A stretch of DNA of 64,000 nucleotides from Eledone cirrhosa (GCA_964016885.1 OZ024740.1:268522001-268586000), one strand, 5' to 3'. Shown: positions 1-11,681, counted from the stretch's first letter. Notes: generated from the sequence alone by a model not told the origin. Translations and numbers: made by a program.

Positions 1-201
1 CTGAGAAGTGTGGAAAAACAGACATAAAAATGATGATGATGATGATGTGTCTGATTCCTTTTTAATTGAGAGAAGTGGTACTCTGGCTGTAATCATATAT
101 TCTTGGTAGAAGTAGATTTATGTTCAACAGAATCCTTTCTCTGACATGATTCTCCTCTCCTTTACAACTTGAATATTTGAATTGTGTACATCACAAAGAT
201 G

Positions 202-481
202 TGGAGGCTCATGGCCTAGTGGTAAGGGTGTTGGACTTCCAATCATAATGCTGTGGGTTCGATTCCTGGGTTGGCTGGCATGTTGTGTTCTTGAGAAAAA
301 CACTTCATTTCATTGCTCTAGTATGGAAGTGAGTACCAGCAATAGCTGGGGGTTTAACCCTGTGATGGACTGGCGTCCTGACCAGGGGAAAGTCTTGTAC
401 TTTCAGTCACTTCATGCTATGAAACCAGGATAAGCCACTGGCCTAATGAGCCCTCTAGCTTAAACAGACTTTAGAATTCGG
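202..481 (+). mobile_element. tRNA-derived SINE (family B-like) with target-site duplication
   Basis: A-box TGGCCTAGTGG and B-box GGTTCGATTCC; flanked by a 14-bp direct repeat ACATCACAAAGATG (188-201 and 482-495). Confidence 0.85.
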
Positions 482-1019
482 ACATCACAAAGATGGTCAT
501 GTCAGCCTAAGCAAAATTAAAATTCAGAATTCTGAGCTGTTAAACAGACTCTTGCATCCGACTGATTGGTAAAGAGTCAGTTATCAATAAACTAAAAACA
601 ATACGTTACTTCATCTGTGCCTTTTCTACAGCCATGACAACAGTTATTGTTTTGCTGATATTAAATCTGCCCAAGATTAGGTATCTCTCTAAAATTTTGT
701 ACTAAATACTTTTCCCAAATATTTTTTCTCTCATAACTGCAACCCCCTTGGCCATCATTCTTTTATGTTATCAACTTATAACTGAACTGCATTCACATCA
801 ATGTCACTAAATTTGGAGAGACTTTTACAAAGCTTATGTTTGGGTAGTGATCTTTCTACTCTGACAAAATTAAAACAGAATTTTAGAAGCCACATGAATA
901 TGTAGATAAAGAGATAGTATCTGGGTATTAAAGTTATCAAAGAAAACTGGTGTCAATGAAAAATAAATGAAATCAATTAGAATTAATATAAGATATATAA
1001 TGGTCAGTGATCCTGAAAT

Positions 1020-1225
1020 AATGGTTTCTGATTTAGGCACAAGGTCAACAATTTTGGGGAAGGGGTAAGTCGATTAAATCGACTGCAGTGTATAAATAGT
1101 ACTTTATTTTATCGACCCCGTAAGGATGAAAGGCAAAGCTAACCTTGGCGGGATTTAAACTCAAATCGTAAAGGGTAGTAACTTTATGCCGCAAAACATG
1201 GTGCAGATACTTTACCGATGCTGGT
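1020..1225 (-). mobile_element. tRNA-derived SINE, family A
   Basis: Shares the core TTTATCGACCCCGTAAGGATGAAAGGCAAAG with about 20 other copies in the window. Confidence 0.8.
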
Positions 1226-1359
1226 ATTCCATCATGAAATAATACTGTCTGGTCACTAAAAGATATACAAGTCTTTTAAACTACATCTATCCCAATCTTC
1301 TGATAATTACTTCATTGGATCAGAAATGTTCAGAAGTTCACATTGGCCTATTTACCATC

Positions 1360-1580
1360 ATCAACATTGGATCGAGCGAATTGTCCGAGCCAACTTCACT
1401 GTCCCTGTCTTCCATTGGTTTTCAGGTCTTCGAATGTTAAACCAGCATCTTTGATCAGTTGGTCGACATAAGTCATCCGAGGACACCTGATGCGAAAGTG
1501 TCAGTGGGTTGGCATCCACAAAAGAAGCCTGCTAACAAGCTTATTTTTGCTTTGGAAGCAGTGCCCAGTGTATCTTATCT
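1360..1580 (-). mobile_element. RTE LINE 3' fragment, degenerate
   Basis: Minus-strand translation RYTGHCFQSKNKLVSRLLLWMPTH*...TYVDQLIKDAG...MEDRD matches the RTE C-terminal GH...W.P...T..D pattern; contains a stop and a frameshift. Confidence 0.65.
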
Positions 1581-1946
1581 TTCTTTCCCTAACTATTTAT
1601 AAAACAATAAATTAAACATTTATGATATATCATCGCAAACCATTCGTACCAGCAGTTTTAAATATGACTGTTATATCTGTTCAGTTATTGTTTTGTCCCA
1701 GGTAAGCTTTGACATAGTAAACCTATGATTAGAGAAATTCTAGTTGCGACAACCCCGACTTTCTAGACAGTTCAACTCAAACTAGATTTGGCACTTCTAA
1801 ACTCATTTTTCAAAGCTATTTGCATGAGTTTTTTAGACACAACCTAATCAAAAAATCCCTTCTCTGATATTTACGTGATATTTTCCCTTCTCTGATATTT
1901 ACGTGTATTTAATACTTTTCATTTGCTGGTAAAGTAAAAACGTTGA

Positions 1947-2024
1947 TTTGAGAAAGCAATTGAAATCTAACTCAATTTAAGGCTGTAGCCTTAAAATGAG
2001 TTAGATTTCAATTGCTTTCTCAAA
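1947..2024. repeat. Near-perfect palindrome (38-bp arms, 2-nt loop, 1 mismatch)
   Basis: TTTGAGAAAGCAATTGAAATCTAACTCAATTTAAGGCT-GT-AGCCTTAAAATGAGTTAGATTTCAATTGCTTTCTCAAA. Confidence 0.9.
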
Positions 2025-2895
2025 CACTCAAATCAACAGAGAACCTTTGCGTGGTCGTTAAAAAGCTACAAATATTAGTAAAATCTTCCTAAAATTACAC
2101 CCTATGTCTTGAAAAGAGAAAGACACATTAGATGATGTAATCCTATACATACAATGTCAGAGAAAACCGATGGAATCGTCATGGCTGGAAGGATTAAGCT
2201 CATGTCTGTTCAGATCTGTATAAACGTTTACACACACATTTTAGGGAGATAACTCCTAAATTAGAAATGAAGTCAATAAGTTAAGACACTTATCTCCCCT
2301 GTATCTGCGTATTTCGTAGGAGGATATTCTAAATCAAACTCATACACCTCTGTGTAGAATATTTAAGAAAACAATCTTTTAAAAGTAAAATTCTAGATAC
2401 ATTAGTTAAATTTGTTTTGGTACATTTTATAATTATTATAATTCAATGAAAATGAAAATAAAGACACATTTAAAAAAAATATCAAATAGCATTGTTTTAT
2501 AATATGATGTTACTATCGCTAGCAACTTATATAATCGCAATTTTTTCGCATGAGTTATGCGAAAGAAAAACTGAATTTCAAATAGACATGATGAACTAGT
2601 AAAGTCAGACGTCCTGTTGACTTTTGAGGTAACGTTTTTGATTGAGAAGACGAACTTCTTTTTCAAGATTATTTTCCTTGAACGTAGAATACACACTATA
2701 CGACAAGTAAGCAAAGGGAATGGACACTATAGCCAGAGAGGCAAAACGAAAACGTCGGAAAATCTTTGGATCCATTTCTGAGTCAGGGAATAGTCAGATT
2801 TAAAAACTAGAGAAATTCGGAACAAAAGCACCGATAGAATTTTGAATGATAACCTTGAGTTGTTATTGTTTTTCAACAGAGTTGTTTCGGACAAA

Positions 2896-3063
2896 TTATT
2901 CGTCCTCCGACTTCAATTCCTCAGTAGTCATTTGCTTCTTTTTCAGTTCTTCGTTATACTTTTGAATAGATGGTTTCCAAATGTATATTCCACTTACAAT
3001 ACCAACAACGGCAGCTAATATTATTTGGTCCCAACTAAGTCGGCGACGAGGTAGAAGCCGCAT
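2896..3063 (-). CDS. PIGBOS1: PIGBOS1-like single-pass microprotein, 55 aa
   Basis: Intact ATG..TAA ORF MRLLPRRRLSWDQIILAAVVGIVSGIYIWKPSIQKYNEELKKKQMTTEELKSEDE. Aligns without gaps to human PIGBOS1 as I recall it (RRLTFAQLLFATVLGIAGGVYIFQP), with similar length, one TM helix and a charged tail. It sits in unique sequence. Confidence 0.85.
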   Translation of the reverse strand: MRLLPRRRLSWDQIILAAVVGIVSGIYIWKPSIQKYNEELKKKQMTTEELKSEDE

Positions 3064-3720
3064 AGTCAACAATTCTAAGCGAATTGAAGTGATCTCCCTT
3101 CGTATAACCTCTTCACTTTTGAGTTATACCCGTTTTATTTTTGCTCTTCAGCAAGTACTAAGCGAATCTTCAATAACCAAGTCAACCGGGTATCTACAGA
3201 TACAAGTATTGATATTTCCTTATCTTTTTTTTTTTTAAGACACCCTACTTTAGTATTGCTAAATGTAGTTGCGAGTTAAATTTTAGTGGTACGATAAAAA
3301 TCATGATGTTTGGTGACAATTATAAAGGTTTATAATTTAGAATTTGTTCCATATCTACTGTTTGGGATAAGGCAGTAGGGTGCAGTTTTCAGACGAAAGG
3401 GTTAATAATGCTCTCTCTCACACACACATACACACACAACAATATAATTATTTTGTTAATAATTATATGTACTTTAAATGTTCTTTAAATGTACTTTAAA
3501 AATAATAGTATAGATCTGATGGGGAGCCTGTGTTCTTTGAGGCAATTAAATGTGGCCTTTTCTAAGAAGTCTTGATTATACAAAAAATTTACGCTTTTGT
3601 TGTATATAATTATTATATATTAAGTGAATTATTATTTTATATATATTTCAAACATAGATATTCCATTATCACAATGGTTGTAATTACATTTTATCAAATA
3701 TATATATATATGTGTCTACT

Positions 3721-3864
3721 CTGGGATTTTACATAACATTACCTATTGAGTACACTGAGATGCAACTTATTATATATATAATAAGTTGACGAGACTAGCA
3801 TGGGTTTCACTGCTAGTACCGGTTGCATCTCGGCCTCCTCAATAGGTAATATGTAAAATCCCAG
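3721..3864. repeat. Short fold-back, probably PLE terminal-repeat derived
   Basis: 3721-3766 is an imperfect inverted copy of 3821-3864. The loop holds a degenerate hammerhead (TTGACGA-GACTAGCA..TGCTAGT-[CGAA missing]-ACCGGT). Confidence 0.6.
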
Positions 3865-4362
3865 ATTAGATGCATAGTTATTCGCTTCAATACAATACAC
3901 GTAAATGGGTACCTTCAATCTATACCCATACTTTAGTTTCAGCCACACTTAATGCAAGAATACACAGCATTATGCAACAGTGCACAATCGGTGCATGTGG
4001 CTTCATCAGCGGGTTTCGCCTAATCAATAACCAATCGATCGACAGAATTCGATTCTAGTTCATGTCGGCTATGACAGTGAATGTGATGGCCAACACAGTA
4101 AAACATTAGCAACTGAAATCTCTACATATCATCACAATGCCATCAAAAGATTGGCTACTGGTTCAGAAATTTACGTGACGGTAGGAGACGAAATTCAATT
4201 AGTTCTGCTCCTGCCATAAGCACTCAGCCAACGTATCGCAAACACAAATTAACAAGTGAGTGAAAAATCGGTTATTAGAGAAAATCAGTCTCCAATCATT
4301 GTACAATAGAATGGTAGCATTCGGCTCCAGTCTCGAAGTACCATGGCAAGAAATAGTTCACT

Positions 4363-4399
<37 letters not shown>

Positions 4400-4402
4400 T
4401 AC

Positions 4403-4900
4403 CATCGGTACTCTGAAATAGCGATGTATGAATGAATGTATGTATAGTATATTTGATAATATACTGTATGTTTATTTTAAAACATTTTGAAGACCATTAG
4501 CTATGAGTTTTAAAGTAGTGACTACGTCACTTACTTGGTCTCGGAAAACGCAAAGGGAAACAACCGACGGCCGTTTCTCACAAATTAGCGATTGTCAAGA
4601 TTACATATCCTTTCGCTTCTGCCGAGATTTAGAGAAACTGAATTTTTATAGAATTCCAGTGATGTTTAAGAGTTGATTAAACAGTGCGGTTGCCATTCCA
4701 GCAAAAATTTGGTATTAGTATCGGTGCTCTGAAATAACAATGTATGTATGTATATTTGATAATATACTGTATGTTTATTGCTTTTGCCAAGACCAAGTAA
4801 GTGACGTAGTCACTACTTTAAAACTCATAACGAATGGTCTTCTAAATGTTTAAAAATAAACATACAGTATATTATCAAATATACTATACATACATTCATA
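4403..4900. repeat. Element with direct plus inverted internal repeats, flanked by (TA)n
   Basis: About 4405-4475 recurs directly at 4720-4779; about 4430-4548 recurs inverted at 4782-4900. Confidence 0.75.
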
Positions 4901-5018
4901 TACACACACACACATATATATTCAATTGAAGAAAGTTGGTTGATTGAAAATCTGCCAACATTTTCTTAACAGATGTAAAGTACACCACGGTTTTTGTTTT
5001 GTCCGGAGTTTTATTATA

Positions 5019-5140
5019 ATAATAAACAAGAAAGACGGTTTCATTTGTACATCCCTATTTATTTTGTTATATGTCTTTGAAATGCATATAACAAAATAAA
5101 TAGGGAGATACAAATGAAACCGTCTTTCTTGTTTATTATA
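5019..5140. repeat. Fold-back hairpin (about 55-bp arms)
   Basis: ATAAACAAGAAAGACGGTTTCATTTGTAC... is inverted to ...TACAAATGAAACCGTCTTTCTTGTTTAT; ends in (TA)n. Confidence 0.8.
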
Positions 5141-5147
5141 TATATAT

Positions 5148-5445
5148 ATCATCATCATCATCATCGTCGTCGATTAACGTCTATCTTCCATGCTAGCATC
5201 GGTTAGACGGGTTTGTCTCAATTAGAGGCAAGTTGGGTCAGATGACCATGTCTTGCTCATCTATGAGAGTTTCTGGCTGGTTTTTTACGGCTGGATGCCC
5301 TTCCTAATGCCAACCACATTGACAGTGTGTGCTGGGTGCTTTTTGCCGTGTCTTTCACATGTCCACTTTACGGTGTGGGTTGGGTGTTTTGGGGCTAGTT
5401 TTCTACAGCTGGACGCCCTTCCTAACGCCAACCTCATTTACAGTA
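5148..5445 (-). mobile_element. RTE 3'UTR / RTE-tailed SINE fragment
   Basis: (CAT)n tail and GGATGCCCTTCCTAA motif shared with the RTE 3'UTR at 21187-21560. Confidence 0.75.
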
Positions 5446-5585
5446 GTGGGGCTGATACCGTTGTTAGAACTCAATGTGTCCTTGGAAGTATGGTTGCAGC
5501 GAGATTCGGCAGTAGTTTTTGTGGTAGGTGATCACCACTTATGGTATCCTTAAAGAAAATCCGTCCAGGTTACTGAGTCATTTAC

Positions 5586-5899
5586 ATATATGTTTGAGAA
5601 TAGAACATTAAAAAAACAGAAGTCAGGTGTAGGTAGATAGTTCATTGTTTTACGATCATTTCAGAGGGTCAATTGATCGATGGAGATTGATGTACTGACT
5701 AGAATTGTTGTAATTAAGTTACTACTTATTTCTAGTCTTGAAATCTTTTGAGACTAGAAATAGGTAGCAACTTCATCATTACCATACTAGTCGGTACTTT
5801 GCTTTCCATCGATCAATCGACACTCTGAAACAACTGTAAAACAATGAACTATCTACCTACACCTGACTTCTGTTTTTTTTTATTGCTCTATGCTCAAAC

Positions 5900-5905
<6 letters not shown>
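5586..5905. repeat. Diverged fold-back (about 150-bp arms), PLE terminal-repeat-like
   Basis: ACAGAAGTCAGGTGTAGGTAGATAGTTCATTGTTTTAC is inverted to GTAAAACAATGAACTATCTACCTACACCTGACTTCTGT; centre near 5745. Confidence 0.75.
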
Positions 5906-5935
<30 letters not shown>

Positions 5936-5976
5936 GTATATATATATATATATACATATACACACACACATATATA

Positions 5977-6276
5977 TCATCATCATCATCTTCGTTTAAC
6001 GTCTACTTTCCATGCTAGCATGGGTTAGACAGGAGTTGTCCCACTTGAGGCAAGGTTTGGTCGGGTGATCGTGTCTCGCTCATATAGGACTATCTGGCAG
6101 GTTTTCTATGGCTGGATGCCCTTCCTAACACCAACCACATTTACAGTGTGGAACTGGGAACTTTTTACCGTGTTACCTACACGGCCACATTACAGCGTGG
6201 ACTGTGTGTTTTTTTCTCATGACACCTACACGATCTCGATCTCATTTATCTCATTTATTTGGACTGGATGTTGTGG

Positions 6277-6280
<4 letters not shown>
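5977..6280 (-). mobile_element. RTE 3'UTR fragment
   Basis: Homologous to 10371-10650 and to the reverse complement of 21290-21560; (CAT)n tail. Confidence 0.8.
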
Positions 6281-6333
<53 letters not shown>

Positions 6334-6336
<3 letters not shown>

Positions 6337-6592
6337 AGTAAGAATATTTTCAAAACAGCGAGCGGGTTTGAAATTATTATAAATGTAAGCTATCGCCGTA
6401 TTTTGACTGAAGAAATTAAAGAAATTATTTAGCCTGATAGTGGGGTTAAGAACCCTCGGAGAAATGGAAAAAGGTGAGTATTGACATACAGTGGGGTTAA
6501 GAACCCTCGGAGAAATGGAAAAAGGTGAGTATTGACATACATGTATGTCACTACTCATCTTTTTCCATTTCTCCGAGGGTTCTTAACCCCAC
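6334..6592. repeat. (TA)n-flanked element with a 51-bp tandem duplication and a terminal inverted copy
   Basis: GTGGGGTTAAGAACCCTCGGAGAAATGGAAAAAGGTGAGTATTGACATACA occurs twice, then inverted at 6543-6592. A related copy is at 59341-59485. Confidence 0.8.
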
Positions 6593-6610
6593 ATATATAT
6601 ATATATACAT

Positions 6611-6945
6611 GGAGGCACATGGCTTAGTGGTTAGAGCATTGGCCTTGCAATCGAAAGGTTGTGAGTTCAATTCTCAGGCCGGGTGATGTGTTGTTTCCTT
6701 GAGCAAGACACTTTATTTCACATTGCTCCAGTTTACTCAGCTGTAGAAATGAGATTATAGGGACTGGTGTCCATATCATTCCACTGCAAAGTGGTCATAG
6801 AGGTGCCACGGCAAAAAAGCACCCAGCACTCACTGTAAATGAGGTTGGTGGTAGGAAGGGCATCCAGCTGTAGAAATCAAGCCAGCATCAGTTCCCGTCA
6901 CACCCTTGAAAGCAGAGAAAAGCGGGCGTAAAATGATGATGATGA
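6611..6945 (+). mobile_element. tRNA-derived SINE family B with RTE-type (GAT)n tail
   Basis: A-box TGGCTTAGTGG and B-box GAGTTCAATTC; the 3' part matches the RTE 3'UTR; near-identical inverted copy at 15910-16235. Confidence 0.85.
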
Positions 6946-7191
6946 TATATAGGTGTATGGGTGCAAGAAAAATTATGTCCGTAGGCACATACGGAGGCAT
7001 ATCTGAGGATCTTTCGATTCCAGAGTCAGGTTTGATCAGCAATAGGTCTTTCCTCAAGCTGATCGATAGTGAACCATATGTAATATGTTATTAAACATGT
7101 TATGATGCAACACTGAATCTTTGTTCCTTTATTCTTATAGGATATATATGTATATATATGTATACATATATATGTGTCTATATATATATAT

Positions 7192-9199
7192 TAGGGTGGC
7201 CCTTATTTTCAATTTTCTTGTTCTAATTAACAAAAAAAAATCAATCTATTCGAAATTTCAAATCAAGCGGACAACTGCAAGACGACCCTCATCGACCATG
7301 AAATTTTGAAGTTTTCACCCGGAAAGTTATTTTTTCAGATAAAGATTTTTTTTCTCTTATATAATTTTTTCTTAAATAAAAAAACTTGTTCAGACTTATT
7401 CTTGGTATTAGAAGGATAAGTGACAATAAATATAATGGGGAGGGGCAGCTTGCAAAGCTGGGGACAGAGTGCAGGTATAGGGAAAATACCTATTTTTTGC
7501 CGTCATCCAGTCGGCGACCAGCCATGAGCGAGTAAGGTTGGAGTTGCTTTCGTCCATTGAAAGAATTCTATTGCACCTAATGGTAGTGTAGAGAAATAAA
7601 ATATTAAGAATTTATACGTTAGTGATAAACAGTGAACTAATATGTCTTGTCTGTGTTTGTAAATATAAGTTAATTTATTTGTAATAACTTGTAAGCACTC
7701 GTTCATTTTGTTGTGGGGCATTATGATATAGATCTTCCCCTGTTGTGTTGGTAGCCCTGACAAAGTTATAATGCCATGTTTATAACCTCTCCATTTTTAT
7801 AATGTTATGTGGTTTGTATACTTATTTTGTGACCAAATATGATACCTTTGATGACTAATTCTTCCCTTTTTCTTTCAGAACTGTTTGTGCAGGTGTGAAA
7901 TGGCTTCTGTGACGTGTTCTTCCTAGACCTGTGAAATGGCATCATCTTCTTCAGGTAGTTCATCACACAAGTTAAGAAAAGATTTTCATGTGACTCTTAT
8001 TGGCTCCATTTCCAATCATATCATGGGTGCCAAACTTCCCTCGAATCGGCAAGTTTTAAGCTTTTTTTTCTACAATGTAAGAGTTGTAAATCTGACAACG
8101 AAGGAAAGTGCAGCATTAGTGATTCAAGAAGTTTCCATGTTTTGGCAAAAAGCACGAATTCCTACCAGAAGAACTGATCACTGCGTTGATAAAGTACTCA
8201 AACTCTATGACGAATGGAAAGGATTACAGAAAAATTTGACTAGAACTGCAGGCAAGGAAAAAGAAAAAAGAGAACTTTTTGTGGAAATGATGGACGATCT
8301 CTTTGACATTGCTCATTCAAATGCTTTGGGACAGATAAAAATTGAAGAGTATAAGAATTTCTTAATGCTTCAGTGCCAAAAAAGACAACCGGGCTTCATG
8401 GTTGGTGTAGATCAAAAACTAAAATACAAGGAAAAAAATGCACTGAAGCGCACTTCAATGGAAACTTTCAGAAAAAAAAGATTTTATGAAGAAATGCAAC
8501 AAGATTTTGTTACTCATCAGTTTGCAACATCAGAAACTGATGATTCAACATCAAACAGGTGGTGACAACAGTGAAAATTCCTCTGTCATTATTCAGCAAT
8601 AATTGTTTCTACTTTTGGCACAAAGCCAGCAATTATTCCAGTTCATTAGTGGTACTTTATTTTATTGACCCTGTAAGGATGAAAGGCAAAGTTAACCTCG
8701 GCGGGATTTGAACTCAGACCATAAAGGGGCATAATTATGCTGGAAAGAATGGTGTCCAATCCTCTACCGATACATGCCAATCCATGTTCAATATTCAATG
8801 TTCACATTATGTTTTTCATTATATAAAAATTATTGTTGTAAATAAAAATGTGTTTCTCTTATAGAAGTTGTGTGGATAATTAGGAAAACCTAATATTTCT
8901 TAACTTTTTCATGTTATTTCAGGAATCTTTCAAATTAACTATTGGTAAATTTGATTCAGATTGGGGGTTGCCTGGATGTGTGCACATAAATTTCTCTAAG
9001 AAGAAAAAAGAAAATGGTCTTTTGAAAAGAATTAATTGTTGCATATACTATGTTCCAACTTCAAGGAGTTTGAGGGTCGCGTAACAGTTGTTCAATTGAA
9101 ATTTTGCACACCCCATTTTTTTTGTTGATAGAAAGAGGATTAGTGGGTGGCAACAAAATTTTAACTTTTGGAAAATTATCTATTGCTAAAGGCCACCCT

Positions 9200-9200
<1 letters not shown>
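7192..9200 (+). mobile_element. Internally deleted hATm-like DNA transposon
   Basis: TIRs TAGGGTGGCC / GGCCACCCTA; flanks ATATATAT / ACATATAT (7/8 match, but low complexity); encodes a transposase N-terminus; a SINE A copy is nested at about 8600-8785. Confidence 0.75.
7936..8565 (+). pseudogene. Truncated hATm-like transposase N-terminal region (209 aa)
   Basis: Motifs KLPSNRQVL, FWQKARIPT and DDLFDIAH; lies between TIRs; no catalytic C-terminal part seen. Confidence 0.65.
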
Positions 9201-9240
<40 letters not shown>

Positions 9241-9244
<4 letters not shown>

Positions 9245-9853
9245 CAGAATCAGTAGAGGAGCTAGAGAATAAATTCTGGCTATGGAAACAGTAGTTGGAA
9301 TCAAGAGGACTGAGAGTGAACATAGCTAAGACAAAAGTGTTGATAAGTAGAAGAGAGAACAATACTCTGATTCCATAAGGGAAATGGCCATGTTCGATAT
9401 GTAGAAAAGGAACTGGCATAAATTCCATAAAATGTACGCAATGCAGATCTTGTGTACACAAGAGATGTAGTGGGATAGCAGGCAAACTAACAGGTAAGGA
9501 AAACTACGTATGCAGTAGATGTACAGGGAAAGTTGGCAGTAGTAATCGCAGTGATAGACACAATTTTCGAATGCAGGTAGGTTCTATAGAAGCGGTTGAT
9601 AGCTTCCGGTACCTAGGTGATGAGATTAGCATGGGAGGGGGGATGTTCCGAGGCCATTGTATCTGGAATAAGGACGGGTTGGAAGAAGTTTAGGGAGCTG
9701 CTTCTTCTGTTGACAAAGAAGGGTTTCTCCCTGCATACAAAAGGACAGTTATATGATGCCTGTGTGAGATGCGCGATGTTGAATGGTAGTGAGACATGGG
9801 CAGCTACTGCAGAGGATATGCGATGGTTGGAGAGAAGTGATACTAATATCATG
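9241..9853 (+). mobile_element. RTE LINE internal fragment (PHD-like finger and post-RT region)
   Basis: WPCSICRKG..., GGGCSEAIVSGIRTGWKKFRELL, SETWA; contains stops. Confidence 0.85.
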
Positions 9854-9889
9854 TTCCCTCCTATTGCGTGAACAATACAACATAATAGG

Positions 9890-10187
9890 ACAGAATATGA
9901 TAATAGTACCACTGATGATGTTGCAGGTGTGCAATGAAAGAACATATGTAGATTATATAGATATATTTATATCTGTATTTTTAACCGATGGTCAGTCAAT
10001 GATAAACATTGACTGCCAAATAAATTAACTATGGAGATGTAAAAGATACAGAAGCAAAAACCAGCCAAACAGTGAGTGTGTTCTGTTATTATTTCTGGCA
10101 ATATTATTACAACAATAAGACTCTCCCCAAGTATAACAATATTTGTTTTGACACACAATTTCATATCAAAAAACCTTGCAAAACAAA

Positions 10188-10188
<1 letters not shown>
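9890..10188 (+). mobile_element. Solo PLE terminal repeat with degenerate hammerhead
   Basis: Homologous to 59056-59317; CTGATGA-T-GTTGCA..TGCAAT-GAAAGAAC; ends in (TA)n. Confidence 0.7.
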
Positions 10189-10220
<32 letters not shown>

Positions 10221-10333
10221 TTATATATACATATATATATATACATATATATATATATTTATATATACATATATATATATACATATATATATATGTGTGT
10301 GTGTGTATATATATATATACATATATATATATA

Positions 10334-10370
<37 letters not shown>

Positions 10371-10371
<1 letters not shown>

Positions 10372-11681
10372 ATCATCATCATCATCATCGTTTAACGTCC
10401 ATGTTCCACGCTTGCATGGGTTTGGACGGGAGTTTTCCCACTTGAGGCAAGAGTGGTTGTCATTGCTCGCATAGGACTGTCTTGCGGGTTTTCTACGGCT
10501 GGATGCCCTTCCTAACACCAACCACATTTACAGTGCGGGACTGGGAGGTTTTTACCGTGTTGCCTACACGGCCACATTACAGCGTGAACTGTGTTTTTTT
10601 GTCGTGACACCTACACGATCTCGTTTGTTTCGGCCTGGATGTTGTGGCACCAACATAACTTTACATTGAAAGGGGCGGCGTGGATGGGGTGGGGGTTGTG
10701 GGACGGGGTGTATTTTGTTAGAGATGCCTACTGACTGTAGTAGGTTTTACTTTGTATTTAGGTAAGGTGGTTCTTCTCTATTACTGAGTACCGCCAAAGA
10801 TCTCGGTCCAGTGACATTGTCTTGGAGAGGTGTAAGTGTGTGAGGTTGGAATTTATCAGGTCATCCCAGGTTTTTCTGGGTCTGCCTACTCCGTGGCTAC
10901 CGTCTATCTTTATTGCCCTGCACTTTTTTATACAGCTGTCGTCTTTCATGCGCATCACGTGACCATACCAACGTAGCCTTCTCTCGAGTAAACAACATCT
11001 GATCCCTCTTATTTCTAATTTTTCCATTAGTTCATTTATGCTTTACCGTTCACGTATATTACTATTACACATCCAGCGGAGCATGCAAGCTTCGTTCCTC
11101 TCTAGTCTGCGTATATCCTCTGCACACAATGCCCAGGTCTCACTGCCATGCAACATTGCTGTTCGTATGCAGGCATCATACAGCCTGCCTTTCATTTTTA
11201 GGGAGAACCCTTTAGCGGCTAATAGTGGTATAAGCTCTCTGAACTTTTTCCATCCAGTTCTGACTCTAGCTACTGTACTTTCCGAGCACCCTCCCCCACT
11301 GCTGATTTTGTCACCCAGGTAGCGGAAGCTGTCCACTATTTCTATAGAACCATCTGTGCAGTGGAATGAGTTAGTATTCTGTGGGCACTTGCTGCTACTT
11401 ATTGCACCAGAGCACCGGCCACATGTAAAATCTATGTTCTTAGTTAGCTTACCTGTGATCCCACAACATCTTTTATGCACCCATACTTTGCATTTGGGAC
11501 ATAAAATGGAGTTTCTACCTACGCCTTTCCTACACACTGAGCATGGCCATTTCCTGGAAGGGACCGGCGCCTTATTTTCTTTCCTACAAACTAGAACTTT
11601 AGTCTTAGCCAGGTTAATTTTAAGGCCTTTTGATTCTAGGCCGTGTTTCCATGTTTGGAATTTCTTCTCTAGCTCGGCCAT
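10371..11681 (-). mobile_element. 5'-truncated RTE LINE, same subfamily as 18136-21560
   Basis: ORFs 11043-11681 and 10758-11027 are nearly identical to the C-terminus of the 655-aa ORF; 3'UTR and (GAT)n tail present. Confidence 0.95.

Noticed and set aside
2981-3238. 85-aa plus-strand ORF
   Set aside because: Antisense shadow of the PIGBOS1-like ORF; no recognisable motif.
3375-3405. piggyBac-like end (..CGAAAGGG-TTAA)
   Set aside because: Only one terminus found; no partner TIR identified.
6439-6540. Tandem repeats as a possible CRISPR array (also 26610-26670 and 28140-28205)
   Set aside because: Only 2-3 adjacent units with no unique spacers, no cas genes, and a eukaryotic context.
6611-6690. 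tRNA gene candidates at A/B-box motifs
   Set aside because: They are SINE heads continuing into shared SINE bodies; no full cloverleaf could be drawn.
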